DNA of 64,000 nt from Eledone cirrhosa (lineage: Eukaryota), in NCBI GenBank assembly GCA_964016885.1, contig OZ024751.1, positions 19,468,001 through 19,532,000 on the forward strand, given 5' to 3'. Made by a program: the position numbers and the translations under genes. The notes below the pieces were generated by a model. The model was not told the origin of the DNA, made no database searches, and saw only the letters and a program-made list of their open reading frames with translations. Below, one piece after another: positions 28,701 through 41,860 of this stretch (position 1 is the stretch's first letter; the number at the start of each line of letters is the position of its first letter).

Positions 28701-30820
28701 ACCACCATAACCACCACCACCACCTCCAATGCAACCATCATCACCACCATAACCACCACCACCACCTCCAATGCAACCATCATCACCACCATAACCACCA
28801 CCACCACCTCCAATGCAACCATCATCACCACCATAACCACCACCACCACCACCATAACCAACACCACCACCTCCAATGCAACCATCATCACCACCATAAC
28901 CACCACCACCACCTCCAATGCAACCATCATCACCACCATAACCACCACCACCACCTCCAATGCAACCATCATCACCACCATAACCAACACCACCACCTCC
29001 AATGCAACCATCATCACCACCATAACCACCACCACCACCACCATAACCACCACCACCACCTCCAATGCAACCATCATCACCACCATAACCAACACCACCA
29101 CCTCCAATGCAACCATCATCACCACCATAACCACCACCACCACCACCATAACCAACACCACCACCTCCAATGCAACCATCATCACCACCATAACCACCAC
29201 CACCACCACCATAACCAACACCACCACCTCCAATGCAACCATCATCACCACCATAACCACCACCACCACCACCATAACCAACACCACCACCTCCAATGCA
29301 ACCATCATCACCACCATAACCACCACCACCACCTCCAATGTAAACATCATCACCACCATAACCAACACCACCACCTCCAATGCAACCATCATCACCACCA
29401 TAACCACCACCACCACCACCATAACCAACACCACCACCTCCAATGCAACCATCATCACCACCATAACCACCACCACCACCACCATAACCAACACCACCAC
29501 CTCCAATGCAACCATCATCACCACCATAACCACCACCACCACCTCCAATGTAAACATCATCACCACCATAACCAACACCACCACCTCCAATGCAACCATC
29601 ATCACCACCATAACCACCACCACCACCACCATAACCAACACCACCACCTCCAATGCAACCATCATCACCACCATAACCACCACCACCACCACCATAACCA
29701 ACACCACCACCTCCAATGCAACCATCATCACCACCATAACCACCACCACCACCTCCAATGTAAACATCATCACCACCATAACCAACACCACCACCTCCAA
29801 TGCAACCATCATCACCACCATAACCACCACCACCACCACCATAACCAACACCACCACCTCCAATGCAACCATCATCACCACCATAACCACCACCACCACC
29901 ACCATAACCAACACCACCTCCAATGTAAACATCATCACCACCATAACCAACACCACCACCTCCAATGCAACCATCATCACCACCATAACCAACACCACCA
30001 CCTCCAATGCAACCATCATCACCACCATAACCACCACCACCACCACCATAACCAACACCACCACCTCCAATGCAACCATCATCACCACCATAACCACCAC
30101 CACCACCACCATAACCAACACCACCTCCAATGTAAACATCATCACCACCATAACCACCACCACCACCTCCAATGTAAACATCATCACCACCATAACCACC
30201 ACCACCACCACCATAACCAACACCACCACCTCCAATGCAACCATCATCACCACCATAACCAACACCACCACCTCCAATGCAACCATCATCACCACCATAA
30301 CCACCACCACCACCACCATAACCAACACCACCACCTCCAATGCAACCATCATCACCACCATAACCACCACCACCACCACCATAACCAACACCACCACCTC
30401 CAATGCAACCATCATCACCACCATAACCACCACCACCACCACCATAACCAACACCACCACCTCCAATGCAACCATCATCACCACCATAACCACCACCACC
30501 ACCTCCAATGCAACCATCATCACCACCATAACCACCACCACCACCACCATAACCACCACCACCACCTCCAATGCAACCATCATCACCACCATAACCACCA
30601 CCACCACCTCCAATGCAACCATCATCACCACCATAACCACCACCACCACCTCCAATGCAACCATCATCACCACCATAACCACCACCACCACCTCCAATGC
30701 AACCATCATCACCACCATAACCAACACCACCACCTCCAATGCAACCATCATCACCACCATAACCACCACCACCACCTCCAATGCAACCATCATCACCACC
30801 ATAACCACCACCATAACCAA
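25740..30820. repeat. 5.1-kb homogeneous 42-bp minisatellite (63-bp variant in the right half)
   Basis: Unit cctccaatgcaaccatcatcaccaccataaccaccaccacca. Variants gca/gta and acc/aac. A +21-bp insert appears from about 28350 onward. Confidence 0.95.
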
Positions 30821-30879
30821 ATAACAGGCAAACGCAAGCAATGCAAAAGCAATGCAAGGCTGTATTTGGCCAGAGGCTT

Positions 30880-31320
30880 TAAGAGCTGAGGGTAAACAAT
30901 ACATTGGTGTATATTATTGGCGGTGGGGTAGAATCTGAGGTTGTAATGGCAGGGGAGGGAGTAAACAATATCTAGATCTGTATCATCTGTGGGGTGGAGG
31001 AGTAGGACCAGAGGCTGTAAAAGCTATATATAAAGGGGGGGGAGCAATATCTAAATCTGTATTATCTGTGGATGGTGGAGGGGAAGGACCAGAGGCTGTA
31101 AAAGCTATATATAAGGGGAGGTAAACAATATATTGATGTGTATTATCTGTGGATGGTGGAGGGGTAGGATCAGAGGCTGTAAAAGCTATATATAAGGGGA
31201 GGTAAGCAATATATTGCTGTGTATTATCTGTGGAGGGTTGGGGGTAGGATCAGAGGCTGTAAAAGCTATACATAAGGGGTGGTAAGCAATATATTGCTGT
31301 GTATTATTTAGGGGGTAGGA
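30880..31320. repeat. ~80-bp tandem repeat, about 5 copies
   Basis: caatat...tgtattatctgtgg...ggatcagaggctgtaaaagctatata recurs near 30966, 31045, 31126, 31207 and 31287. Confidence 0.8.
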
Positions 31321-31649
31321 TACGACGTCAATTAGAGATGGTGTCCAATAAATCCGCTACATAACTTTCAACACATTATGTAACAAAAACAAACCAACAA
31401 TATTGCAGTTCATTTTTAGTTCTCCATCCACCCATATACCTATCTTTCTGTTCCTCTCTCTCTCTCTCTTCATTCAAATGAGATTATCCCAGCACAGAGA
31501 GAGAGAGAGATTGATATCATCGATCTATCTAGTCACATACCTATCTATTTATCCATGCCTAGCCCCCTCTCTTCCTTTATCTAATATAGACGGACATACA
31601 AACAGGTAAATAGACAGACAGGTAAGTAGGTAGGTAGATAGATAACTTT

Positions 31650-32535
31650 CTATTTATTTACCACCAGGGCGTCAAAGAGTGGGACAAGTACAAGGGGGGG
31701 GGGTACATAAAAAGGCGTCCTCAATAAGGAGGAGGCAATAACAAAATATAAAAATATATAATATAACAAAAATAAATTGAATAACAAAATCCTCAATAGG
31801 GAGGAGGCGCCTTGGGGGGGGGGGGGGTCGCACACACACCCGAAAAAGTGCGCAACCCTTCTCCACGGGAGCACAGAGAGAGGGTGCTCCCTTGATCTTT
31901 CATCTTTCTCACCTACAGTCTGATGTAGAGTGAAGGCCCATTCACACGGGCCATTCTCGCCACTTTCATCCATCTTTCATAAAAACGGCTGGGGTGCAGC
32001 ACCTCTCTCTCCACCCTGATCCTTCTTCCGAAATGATATCGGAAGAAACGGACCAGTTGTTGGCCAGAGAGAAAGGTGTCTGACCTCAGTTCTTTCAGAC
32101 GCGTCCACCATACAACCTCTTTCGCCATGGCTATTACGCACAGAAACACCGCCTCTCCTTCGTTTTTGAAGAGGGGAGGCGGCTTGATCGTTACAATAGA
32201 CTCGGTGGTCAACCGGATCGGTCCCACCCGTGACAGCAGTCGTTCGACATAGCCCCACAGATCGGCAATGCCCGAGCAACGGTTTCCTCGTCGCACACGC
32301 ATCTGGGACAGATCTTTTTTGAGGGGTCCCTTGTCTGTAGAGCCTTTCTCGAACGGGCAGAGCCCCTCGGTAGCACTGCCAGGCCAGGGACCTCTGGAAG
32401 TTATCCATGGGTCCCGGGCTGAATGTCCTACCGAACAGGTTGGCCAGTTCCTCTTCCTCCATGCCTAGGGCTTCTCCGAGGGCGTCGTCGCACCTGCTAA
32501 CCACCAGCCCTCTATAGAATGACGAGTGTACCCAG
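31650..32535 (-). mobile_element. 3' fragment of a Tx1/L1-clade non-LTR retrotransposon (zf-RVT region plus 3' UTR), frameshifted
   Basis: DNFQRSLAWQCYRGALPVRERLYRQG, then a frameshift to CPRC...LWGYVERLL...AKEVVWWTR...RFFRYH. Ends in taaataaata and is cut at its 5' side by a SINE. Confidence 0.75.
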
Positions 32536-32685
32536 TACATTACTGGTACTTTATTTTATCGACCCCCGTAAGGATGAAAGGCAAAGTTAACCTCGGCGAG
32601 ATTTGAACTCAGATCAAAAAGGGACGTAACTATGCTTCAAAGCATGGCGTCCGACTCTCTACCGATACTGCCAATCCACCGCCCT
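32530..32685 (-). mobile_element. tRNA-derived SINE
   Basis: Matches the SINE consensus. Confidence 0.8.
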
Positions 32686-32748
32686 TATATATATATTATA
32701 TATTATTCAAAATATTAACAAATGAAAAATATTCTCAATCAAAATATA

Positions 32749-32814
32749 TACTTTATTATATATATTTCAGAGGTACTGTGTTGTTTTTTCAGTACGTCCT
32801 CGTCAGATAAAATA
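32749..32814 (-). ncRNA. Minimal type I hammerhead motif (AUA site)
   Basis: Minus strand: tattttat-CTGACGA-gga c gtactg...cagtac c tct-GAAA TATATA TA-ataaagta. Confidence 0.75.
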
Positions 32815-32943
32815 CATGAATTGATGTACGACATCCCTCAACTGTCTTGATAGTTCAATTCCAGTACTACCAATACTGGAATTGAACCATCAAGACCGTT
32901 GAGGTATGTCATACATCAATTCATGTATTTATTCCGAATAATA

Positions 32944-32975
<32 letters not shown>

Positions 32976-33106
32976 CATATATATATATATGTAAAAGTTC
33001 TATTTAAATTGTTGGAATACAACAAGCAAATATTTTTGTAACCGATATAAAGCACTCAACAAATATTTGGAGTAAAAATACGATATTAACAAATGGAAAC
33101 TATATT

Positions 33107-33171
33107 TATTTCATTATACATATTTCGAGGACACCAAGTTAAATTATGGTGTGCTTTCATCAGATAAAATA
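33107..33171 (-). ncRNA. Minimal type I hammerhead motif (family B, AUA site) within element 32990-33245
   Basis: Minus strand: tattttat-CTGATGA-aag c acacca...tggtgt c ctc-GAAA TATGTA TA-atgaaata. The first stem II pair is an A-C mismatch. Confidence 0.7.
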
Positions 33172-33342
33172 TAATATAGAGCCGTTTTATAAATAAATAT
33201 TGACATACCCAAAGAATGCAACCATTACTGTTGGAAGCTCCCGGATATATATATACATATACCCTTCTACTACATATCTATACATTTTCGTAGATATCTA
33301 TCTATGCCTATTATCTGTCGATACAGTTACGCAGCCAGCAAC

Positions 33343-33388
<46 letters not shown>

Positions 33389-33425
33389 ATGTGCAGGTAA
33401 AACAAAAACGAGCAATCAGCACTTA

Positions 33426-33673
<248 letters not shown>

Positions 33674-33844
33674 CTTTTTTCCTTTTTTTATTCGGCTGTC
33701 CTCTCAATTGACATAAAAAAACAACACTACACTTCCGGTACGTTGATGATGATGATGATGATACGTCTTTTTTATAAAGCACGATTGTCACCACTACGAC
33801 CACGATAACAACAACAACAATATAAATAACCATTGGGGGATGTA

Positions 33845-34765
33845 ATTATGGTTTCTACTTATGGCGCAAGGCCAGCAATTATCCCAGTTCATTACTGGTA
33901 CTTTATTTTATCAACCCGATAAAGTTACCCTCGGCGGGATGTGAACTCAGACAGTAAAGGGACGTAACTCTATACTGGAAAGCATGGCGTCCGACCCTCT
34001 ACCGATACTGCCAATCCATTCGGCACAAGTCCAGTAATGTTTTTGGAAGGGGGATGAAAATCGATTAAAGTGACTCCAGTGCATTACTGGTGATTTATTT
34101 TATCGATCCTCTTAAGGAGCGACGGTTGCTTCTGACAGGACTCGCTGGAATAAGTGGGCGAAGAAGAAGACCCTGTAAGGAAGACAGGCAAAGCTAACCA
34201 CGGCGGGATTTGAACTCAGAATGTAAAGGGACATAACTATGCCGCAAACCATTTTGTTCGATGCTCCACCGATACTGCCAATCCACAATCTAAACTATAA
34301 TAAAGTAAGGAGTGCGGGACTGCGTACGGTTTATTTCTTTTAATCCAGTTAGTAAAATAAGTTGGATTACTTTGAATAAATAATTAATGAATATTACATA
34401 ATTTATCTACTAAATTTCGTAGCTGTTGATTAAATATATTTTATTGCTTATTTAAAGATTCACTTCTTTAAAATGTTCAAAAGTCAACACTTCCGGTTAG
34501 CGATCGCTTAAATAAATATTCATATATTTCCGTCACTAATTTTCTCCTAATGCAGTTTATATATAATATCGTCTTTTTTTAATGTATCATGGATTACGTT
34601 ACTGATTACGTAAGACAGTGTAACACAGTTCTGCTAGTTATAATAATAAGGGTTACTGATTTAGGCACATGGCCAACAATTTAGGGACAGGGGAAAGTCG
34701 ATTAAATCGACACCAGTCCGTTACTGGTACTTTGTTTTATCGACCCCCGTAACGATTAAAGGCAT
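33845..34765 (-). mobile_element. tRNA-derived SINE copies (about 33845-34020, 34020-34290, 34655-34765)
   Basis: Match the SINE consensus, with some copies degenerate. Confidence 0.7.
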
Positions 34766-34839
34766 AGATAGGGGACGTTACAAAAGTGATTGAGGTACTT
34801 AGCGATAAGTTGTCACTGGGGTGAGATAGAGTTGCGGTG

Positions 34840-36347
34840 GTGGTGTGTGTTCGTGTGTGTGTGTATGTGTGTGTTCGTGTGTTCGTGTGTGTATGTATGT
34901 GTATGTGTGTGTATGTGTGTGAGTATGTATGTGAGCACGCGTGTGAGAGAGTACGTGTGTGAGAGTACGTGTGCGTGAGTACATGTGTGCGTGAGAGCAT
35001 GTGTGCGTGAGAGCACGTGTGCGTGAGAGCACGTGTGCGTGAGAGCACGTGTGCGTGAGAGCACGTGTGCGTGAGAGCACGTGTGCGTGAGAGCACGTGT
35101 GTGTGAGAGCACGTGTGTGCGACAGTACGTGTGTGCGACAGTACGTGTGTGACAGTACGTGTGTGTGACAGTACGTGTGAGAGTATGTGTGAGTGTGTGT
35201 GAGAGTGTGTGTGAGTGCGTATGTATTTATTTGTCAATCAATGAACAATAAAGTGAATGAAAAGAAATAACTTGGTCCCCCCCCCCTGGAAGAAGAGGAA
35301 TAAAAGGGGGAGGGGTGGGGAGAGGGAGTCATGGCATTACATCCACGGCTCACCCCTCCACATCGCCCTCCACCTCATTTGAACAGTGACGACCAGACAT
35401 TGTGAGCAAATAACGTTACCTTTCGTCTAAAAATCCCTTCTTTCATTACCCCCTCCACCCCCACCCACCCCATGTTTCCTTCATTACCACCACCACCCCC
35501 AGCTTCCTTCACCACCACCACCACCTTTCATCACTCCTGCACCACCGCCGCTTCCTTCTCCACCACCACCATAACAATTAGAACAATATTAAGAAGTATT
35601 ATTCTGATCGGGATTACACCATCACCATCACCACCACCATTGCTATCATTATTTATCACGACCACCACCACTACTACTACCACCACTACCACCACCACCA
35701 CCACCACCACTCATTATCATCATTATCACTACTATCACCACCACCACTACTACCACCACCACCACCACCACCACCTCTACTACTACCACCACCACCACCA
35801 CCTCTACTACCACCACCACCACCACCTCTACTACCACCACCATCAATACCACTACAATCACCACTACCACCACTACTACTACTACCACCACCACTCATTA
35901 TCATCATTATCACTACTATCACCACCACCACTACTACCACTACCACCACCACCTCTACTACTACCACCACCACCACCATCACTACAACCACCACCATCAC
36001 TACAACCACCACCACCACCACTACTACTACAACCACCACTATAATCACCACCACTACAATCACCACTACCATCGCTATTATCACCACCAACATCACTATC
36101 ATCATCATTACCACCACCACCACCACTACTACTACTAGCAACATCACCACCACCACCCCACCATTACTATCACCCCCCCACCACCACAGTTCGATATAAG
36201 TGCCTGCCCTTGGGAAATGCAAGAATGCTATGATCCCTCCCTCCCTATACACCCCCCTCTATCTATCTCTGCCCTTCTCTATGTTCATCCTTCTATACTC
36301 CCCCACCCCCGCCTATACACGCACATTACATCTCAATCGTATTTGTG

Positions 36348-36435
<88 letters not shown>

Positions 36436-37490
36436 TACATATACACACTCATATATATATACACACACACACATACATATACATATACACACTCGTATAT
36501 ATACATATATACACACACACACACAATCATATATATATATACACATATGCACACAATCATAAATATATACACACTCTCAAACACAAATATACATAAACAC
36601 ACTCATATATATATTTATATACACATACGCATACACACATACACACTCATATATATACACACGCGCACACACACATACGCACTCATATATATATATACAC
36701 ACATACGCACACAATCATATATATATATATACGCACACACAAATACACACACACATACTAACCAGGTTTTTATTGTATATTAATTGCAGTCAAACAAACA
36801 TTCACTAAAAGGGAAGGTTTTTCATATGTTCCTCATTCAATATTGGTGCAGTGGTGGTGGTGGTTGTAGTGGTGGGTGGTGGTGGTAGTGAATGTGGCAG
36901 TGGTGGTGAATGTGGCAGTGGTGATGGTAGTGAATGTGGCAGTGGTGGTGGTAGTGAATGTGGCAGTGGTGGTGGTAGTGAATGTGGTGATGGTAGTGAA
37001 TGTGGCAGTGGTGGTGGTAGTGAATGTGGCAGTGGTGGTGGTAGTGAATGTGGTGATGGTAGTGAATGTGGTGATGGTAGTGAATGTGGCAGTGGTGGTG
37101 GTAGTGAAGGTGGCAGTGGTGATGGTAGTGAATGTGGCAATGGTGGTGGTAGTGAAGGTGGCAGTGGTGGTGGTAGTGAAGGTGGCAGTGGTGGTGGTAG
37201 TGAATGTGGCAGTGGTGGTGGTGGCAGTGGTGGTGGTAGTGGTGGTGGTAGTGAAGGTGGCAGTGGTGGTGGTGGTAGTGAATGTGGCAGTGAATGTGGC
37301 AGTGGTGGTGGTGGTAGTGAATGTGGCAGTGGTGGTGGTAGTGAATGTGGCAGTGGTGGTGGTAGTGAATGTGGCAGTGGTGATGGTAGTGAATGTGGCA
37401 GTGGTGATGGTAGTGAATGTGGCAGTGGTGGTGGTAGTGGTAATGGCAGTGGTGGTGGTAGTGGTAATGTCAGTGATGGTGGTGATGATT
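34840..37490. repeat. Simple and minisatellite repeats: 20-bp (gagagcacgtgtgcgtga-like), (ACC/ACT)n, (TA/CA)n, ~24-bp (gtgaatgtggcagtggtggtggta)n
   Basis: Direct inspection. Confidence 0.85.
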
Positions 37491-38136
37491 GAGGTGAACC
37501 CAATGATGGTGGTGGTGGTAGTTTTAGTGGTGGTGGTAGTTTTAGTGGAGGCAGTTATTGAGGTGAACCCTGTAACAGAGGATTTCGTGGTGGTGGTGGT
37601 GGTGGTTGAGGGGAACCCAATGATATAGGTGGTGGTGATGGCTGACGTGGTGGTGGTAGTTTTAGTTTGGTGGTTGTGGTGATTGTGATGGTAGTGATTG
37701 GGGCGAACCCAGCAATAGAGGTGGCAGTGGTGGTATGATTGTAACACCGTTGGAACCCCACCTACCCCTACTCTACTCTATCGCCAAAGGCCCAGAAGTT
37801 GTATATTGAAATGCACTCAATTAAATAATAAGTGAGGTTTGGTAACTTTAAACTATTTTATACACTGAAAATCTGATTGAAAACGTAGAGGGGGGGGGGG
37901 GGGTATATAGAAACAGAGAGGGAGGAAGGATGGAAGAAAGGAATCCGAAGGTAGGTATGATGTTACTGCTACTACTACATCATAAATTTATATTCATTTT
38001 ATGCCAGCACCCAATCCACGTTAAAGGAAAAAAATAAAGAAAAAGAAGAGATCAACCAATCTAAGTCGCATGTTTGTAAAATAGAAAAAGAAAAGCAGAA
38101 TAACAAAGGGGAGATAAGTGAGTGAGTTGTACTTAC

Positions 38137-38374
38137 TTGAAAGACTTGTAAATCCAATGTAGCAATGTGGTTCAACATACGAAGTCCTGCAGTTGTTACT
38201 GCTAATGTATGTGCTGGTAACACTGCAGGGGCTATATCACCACGACCTTGTACCCCAGAGTGTAATAACATTCCATATAACAGTGACACAATTCCAACCA
38301 GTTCGGTCACTTGGAATGTAGCTAACAGTTGAGTTGGGTCATCAGTTTTCTTACTTCCGAAAACATTACTGTTT
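38137..38374 (-). CDS. SCAPER: SCAPER internal exon, 238 nt, phase 2/0
   Basis: Acceptor ttctcattttctag|A and donor CAA|gtaagt. Translation NSNVFGSKKTDDPTQLLATFQVTELVGIVSLLYGMLLHSG...TLAVTTAGLRMLNHIATLDLQVFQ matches SCAPER as recalled (human DPTGLTAALQATDLAGVLHMLYCVLFHG...SLRFFNSFAALHLPAFQ). CG+A joins the upstream exon as Arg. Confidence 0.92.
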
Positions 38375-38453
38375 CTAGAAAATGAGAAGAAAAACATAAC
38401 ATTATTGAAGCTACTGTTGCTAGATACACAACTTACAATGAAGCAGGGAATCT

Positions 38454-38653
38454 TTAACCCTTTAGCATTCACATTACTCTATATATACTATTATATTTTC
38501 ATGGTAAAGGCTTTACCTCACATAATATCGAATCTATGAGATTTTGAAAGTATTTATTTTGAGAATACCTTAACATCAGTTTGAGTGACCAGTTACAGAA
38601 AAAGGTAGAGAATTCTGGCCGGGTTTTGGTCGGTTTGAACATTAAAGGGTTAA
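38454..38653. mobile_element. piggyBac-like MITE with TTAA TSD
   Basis: TTAA CCCTTTAgcattca ... tgaacatTAAAGGG TTAA. Confidence 0.6.
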
Positions 38654-39176
38654 AACCGAGTTTAACACTTTATTTACCATATAAGGGTTTGCTGAACAGT
38701 TCTGAAAAGGCTGACTATGAACTTGTGATGCTACTAGAGTTGTAAAATCTTGCATGCATTAATTTCAATTCTGATTAATATCTGCATTGTTTTTTCTAGG
38801 GATTATATTCAAAAATAATCCTCATTTGGTCAGCCTAGGAAATTTTCAGCCAACCCCCATATTTCCTATGAAATACACTGCCTGTGGTTTTCAAATCATT
38901 TCAAAAATAATCAGGAGAGATTTAGTAAAATAATAACACATAACTTTATCGTGATTCAGCTGGTGTTCAGAAGTTAAAAAAGATTTTTGCATAAAATTAT
39001 GATGGAAGATGTTTAGAGAAATATAAACACTTTAAAACAAACAGTTTTGTATTACAGAACCAGGGAGGATTTCAAGCAATTTGGTATCAAAAGGGTTAAA
39101 ACGTATAGAGAATCTATTCCATTTCAAGACATCCGAAACCTATTGTTATACATATTGGTGGCCTTTTAAATACAAA

Positions 39177-41860
39177 AGGGCAGTGAATTGACAAAATCGG
39201 TAGAGCGTCAGACGACATGCTTTGCAGTATTTAGTTATGACTTTCTACGTTCTGGTGGTTAGCTTTGCCATTTATCCAAACTGGGGTCAATTTAATCAAC
39301 TCCCCTTTCTCAAAATTGTTGACCTTGTGCCTAAATCGGAACCCATTAATATTATTATATGAAATGGCAGTGGATTGGTAAAGCTGTTAGAGCATCTAAC
39401 AAATACTTCACAATATTTGTACCGGCCCTTTACGTCTTGGGTTCAAATCCTGTCACGGTCAACTTTGACTTTCACCCTTCATGGGTTGATAAAATAAAGT
39501 ATAAAGTACCAGTCAAGTACTGGCTGGCAGGGGTCGATATAATCAACTCCACCAGCCTCCCCTCTCAAAATTGTTGGCCTCGGTAGAGCGTTAAGATACC
39601 ATGCTTTGCAACATAGAGTTACGGCCCTTTGCGTTCTGAGTTCGAATCCCGCCGAGATTAAATTTGCCTTTCATCCTTACGGGGGTCGATAAAAGTAAAG
39701 TACCAGTAATACACTTGGATAATTGCTGGCCTTGTGCCAAAAGTAGAAACAATTAGTAGCACCAGCAGTGGATTGGCAGAGCGTCAGACGCCATGCTTTG
39801 CAGCATGGAGTTACGGCCCTTTACGTTCTGAGTTCAAATCCCGCCGAGGTTAACTTTGCCTTTCATCCTTACGGGGTCGATAAAAGTAAAGTACCAGTAA
39901 TGCACTTGGATAATTGCTGGCCTTGTGCCAAAAGTAGAAACAGTTATTACTTATGTAGCTAGTAGTCAGTGTCTCAGTACGGTAATCTTTCCATGCTCTG
40001 GGAAACCACGTACAGACATCTGACGGAATGGACTGCCACACAATACTGGTTACACAAGATATTGGGTTTTTTTTACGACTGAAAACTAAAATAAACTTTA
40101 AAAAAAAACAAACAGCACCAACAATAGCACTTACTCTACTACTACTACTACTACAAACAATAAACAACACCATGTAGTAGTAATAGTAGCAGTAGTACAT
40201 ATATATGTGTGCGTGTGTGTTTGAATATTGCTGTGTATAGAAGCATTTGACTATCTGTATATAAACATGCATCTGTGCATAGTGTATGTATGTGTATGAA
40301 GTTTGAGTACATGTTTACGAAGATATCTATTCATCATAAACATTACTGTATGTTTGTGTGCATGTGTGTGTGTGTGCATGTGTATATGCGTATGTACGAG
40401 TTTGCATGAAATCACACACACACTCATGTTGACTTGAGGGGGTGGAAAAACATGTTTACCCATTAAACTTTAATCGTCTTTTTATCCAATGCTAACCCCC
40501 TAAGGAGTCGCCAGGTTAAACGGGCGCTAACCACAACACCAGCATCAACAGTAACACCACCACCAACAGTAACACCAACAGTAACACTAACACCAGCACC
40601 ACCACCAACACCAACACCAAATCAACAATGTAAGCCACCATCAATGCTAATCTGCAATGCTAATGTATTTTTCACAGCTTTGATGGTGCAACACTTTCAC
40701 CAAAACAGCTAAAAGGATTTTATATACATAAACAACAATAACAACAACAATAATAACAACAACAACGATTTCTGTTTTAGGCCGCAGGGGTCCCAGACGT
40801 TGAGGACAATACAAGGACGAAAAAAAACAACACAGCATGGGGTAACAATAATTCGCACATTGGCTCAAGGCCAGCAATAATAAATAGTGATGGTTTCTAA
40901 AGTAGGCACATGACCAGCAATTTGTAGGGAGGAGGAGGGGAAGTCAATTATAACGACCCCTCCCCAGCACTTAACTGGTACTTAAGTGGACGGGGGGGGG
41001 GGGGCAGCGTGTTGTATCCTTGAGCATGGCAGCTTTATTTCACATTGCTCCAGTCAAGGTGGCAATAAATGAGTTGTGCCTCTAAATTCATGTGGCAAGC
41101 CTTATTACATATGGCATGATTCCTGAATCTCCCTGAGAACTAGGATGAAAGGCAAAGTTGACATTGATGGGATTTGAACTCAGAAGGTATAAGGTATAAG
41201 GCCGTAACATTTTGTCCAGCGCTCTAACAGCTCTGCTAAATCACCTCCCACACATGGTATAATATATAGTTTCTACTTCTGGCACAAGGCCAGCAATTAC
41301 CCCCAGTGTATTACTGGTGCTTTATTTTATCGACCCTGTAAGGATGAAAGGAAAAGCTATAACCTCGGCGGAATTTGAACTCAAAACGCAAAGGGCCATA
41401 ACTGTGCTACAAAGCATTGTGTCTGGTCCGACACCCCAATACTGCCAAACCACTGCCCTATGGTATATATAATTGTTTCTACTTTAGGCACAAGGCCAGC
41501 AATTATCTCAGTGCATTACTGGTACTTTATTTTATCGACCCCGTAAGGATGAAAGGCAAAGTCAACCTCGGCGGGATTTGAACTCAGATCGTAAAGGGAC
41601 GTAACTATGCTGGAAAGCATGGCGTCCGACCCTCTACCGATACTGCCAATCCACCGCCCTTGGTATATATAATATTTCTGATTTAGGCGCGAGACCAACA
41701 TTTTGGGGGGATGGTAAAGTCGATTAAATCAACCCCACTGCATTACTGGTATTTGATTTTATCGACCTCGTGAGGATGAAAGTCAAAGCTAACTTCGACA
41801 GGATTCGAACCCAGGACATAAAGAGCCATAACATTTTGTCCGACGCTCTAACGACCATGC
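39177..41860. mobile_element. Two SINE clusters: four head-to-tail + copies (39177-39945) and four to five - copies (40890-41860)
   Basis: Repeated matches to the SINE consensus. Confidence 0.8.

Noticed and set aside
35419-35427. Minus-strand tttttag|ACGAAAG|gtaacg micro-exon-like motif
   Set aside because: 7 nt would break the SCAPER frame and the upstream tract is purine-rich.
36805-37747. Gly/Ser/Cys-rich, Pro-rich and Thr-rich ORFs (also 56438-57063, 6876-7799, 44073-45557)
   Set aside because: Trinucleotide- or dinucleotide-derived simple repeats open in several frames, with no unique coding sequence or splice support.
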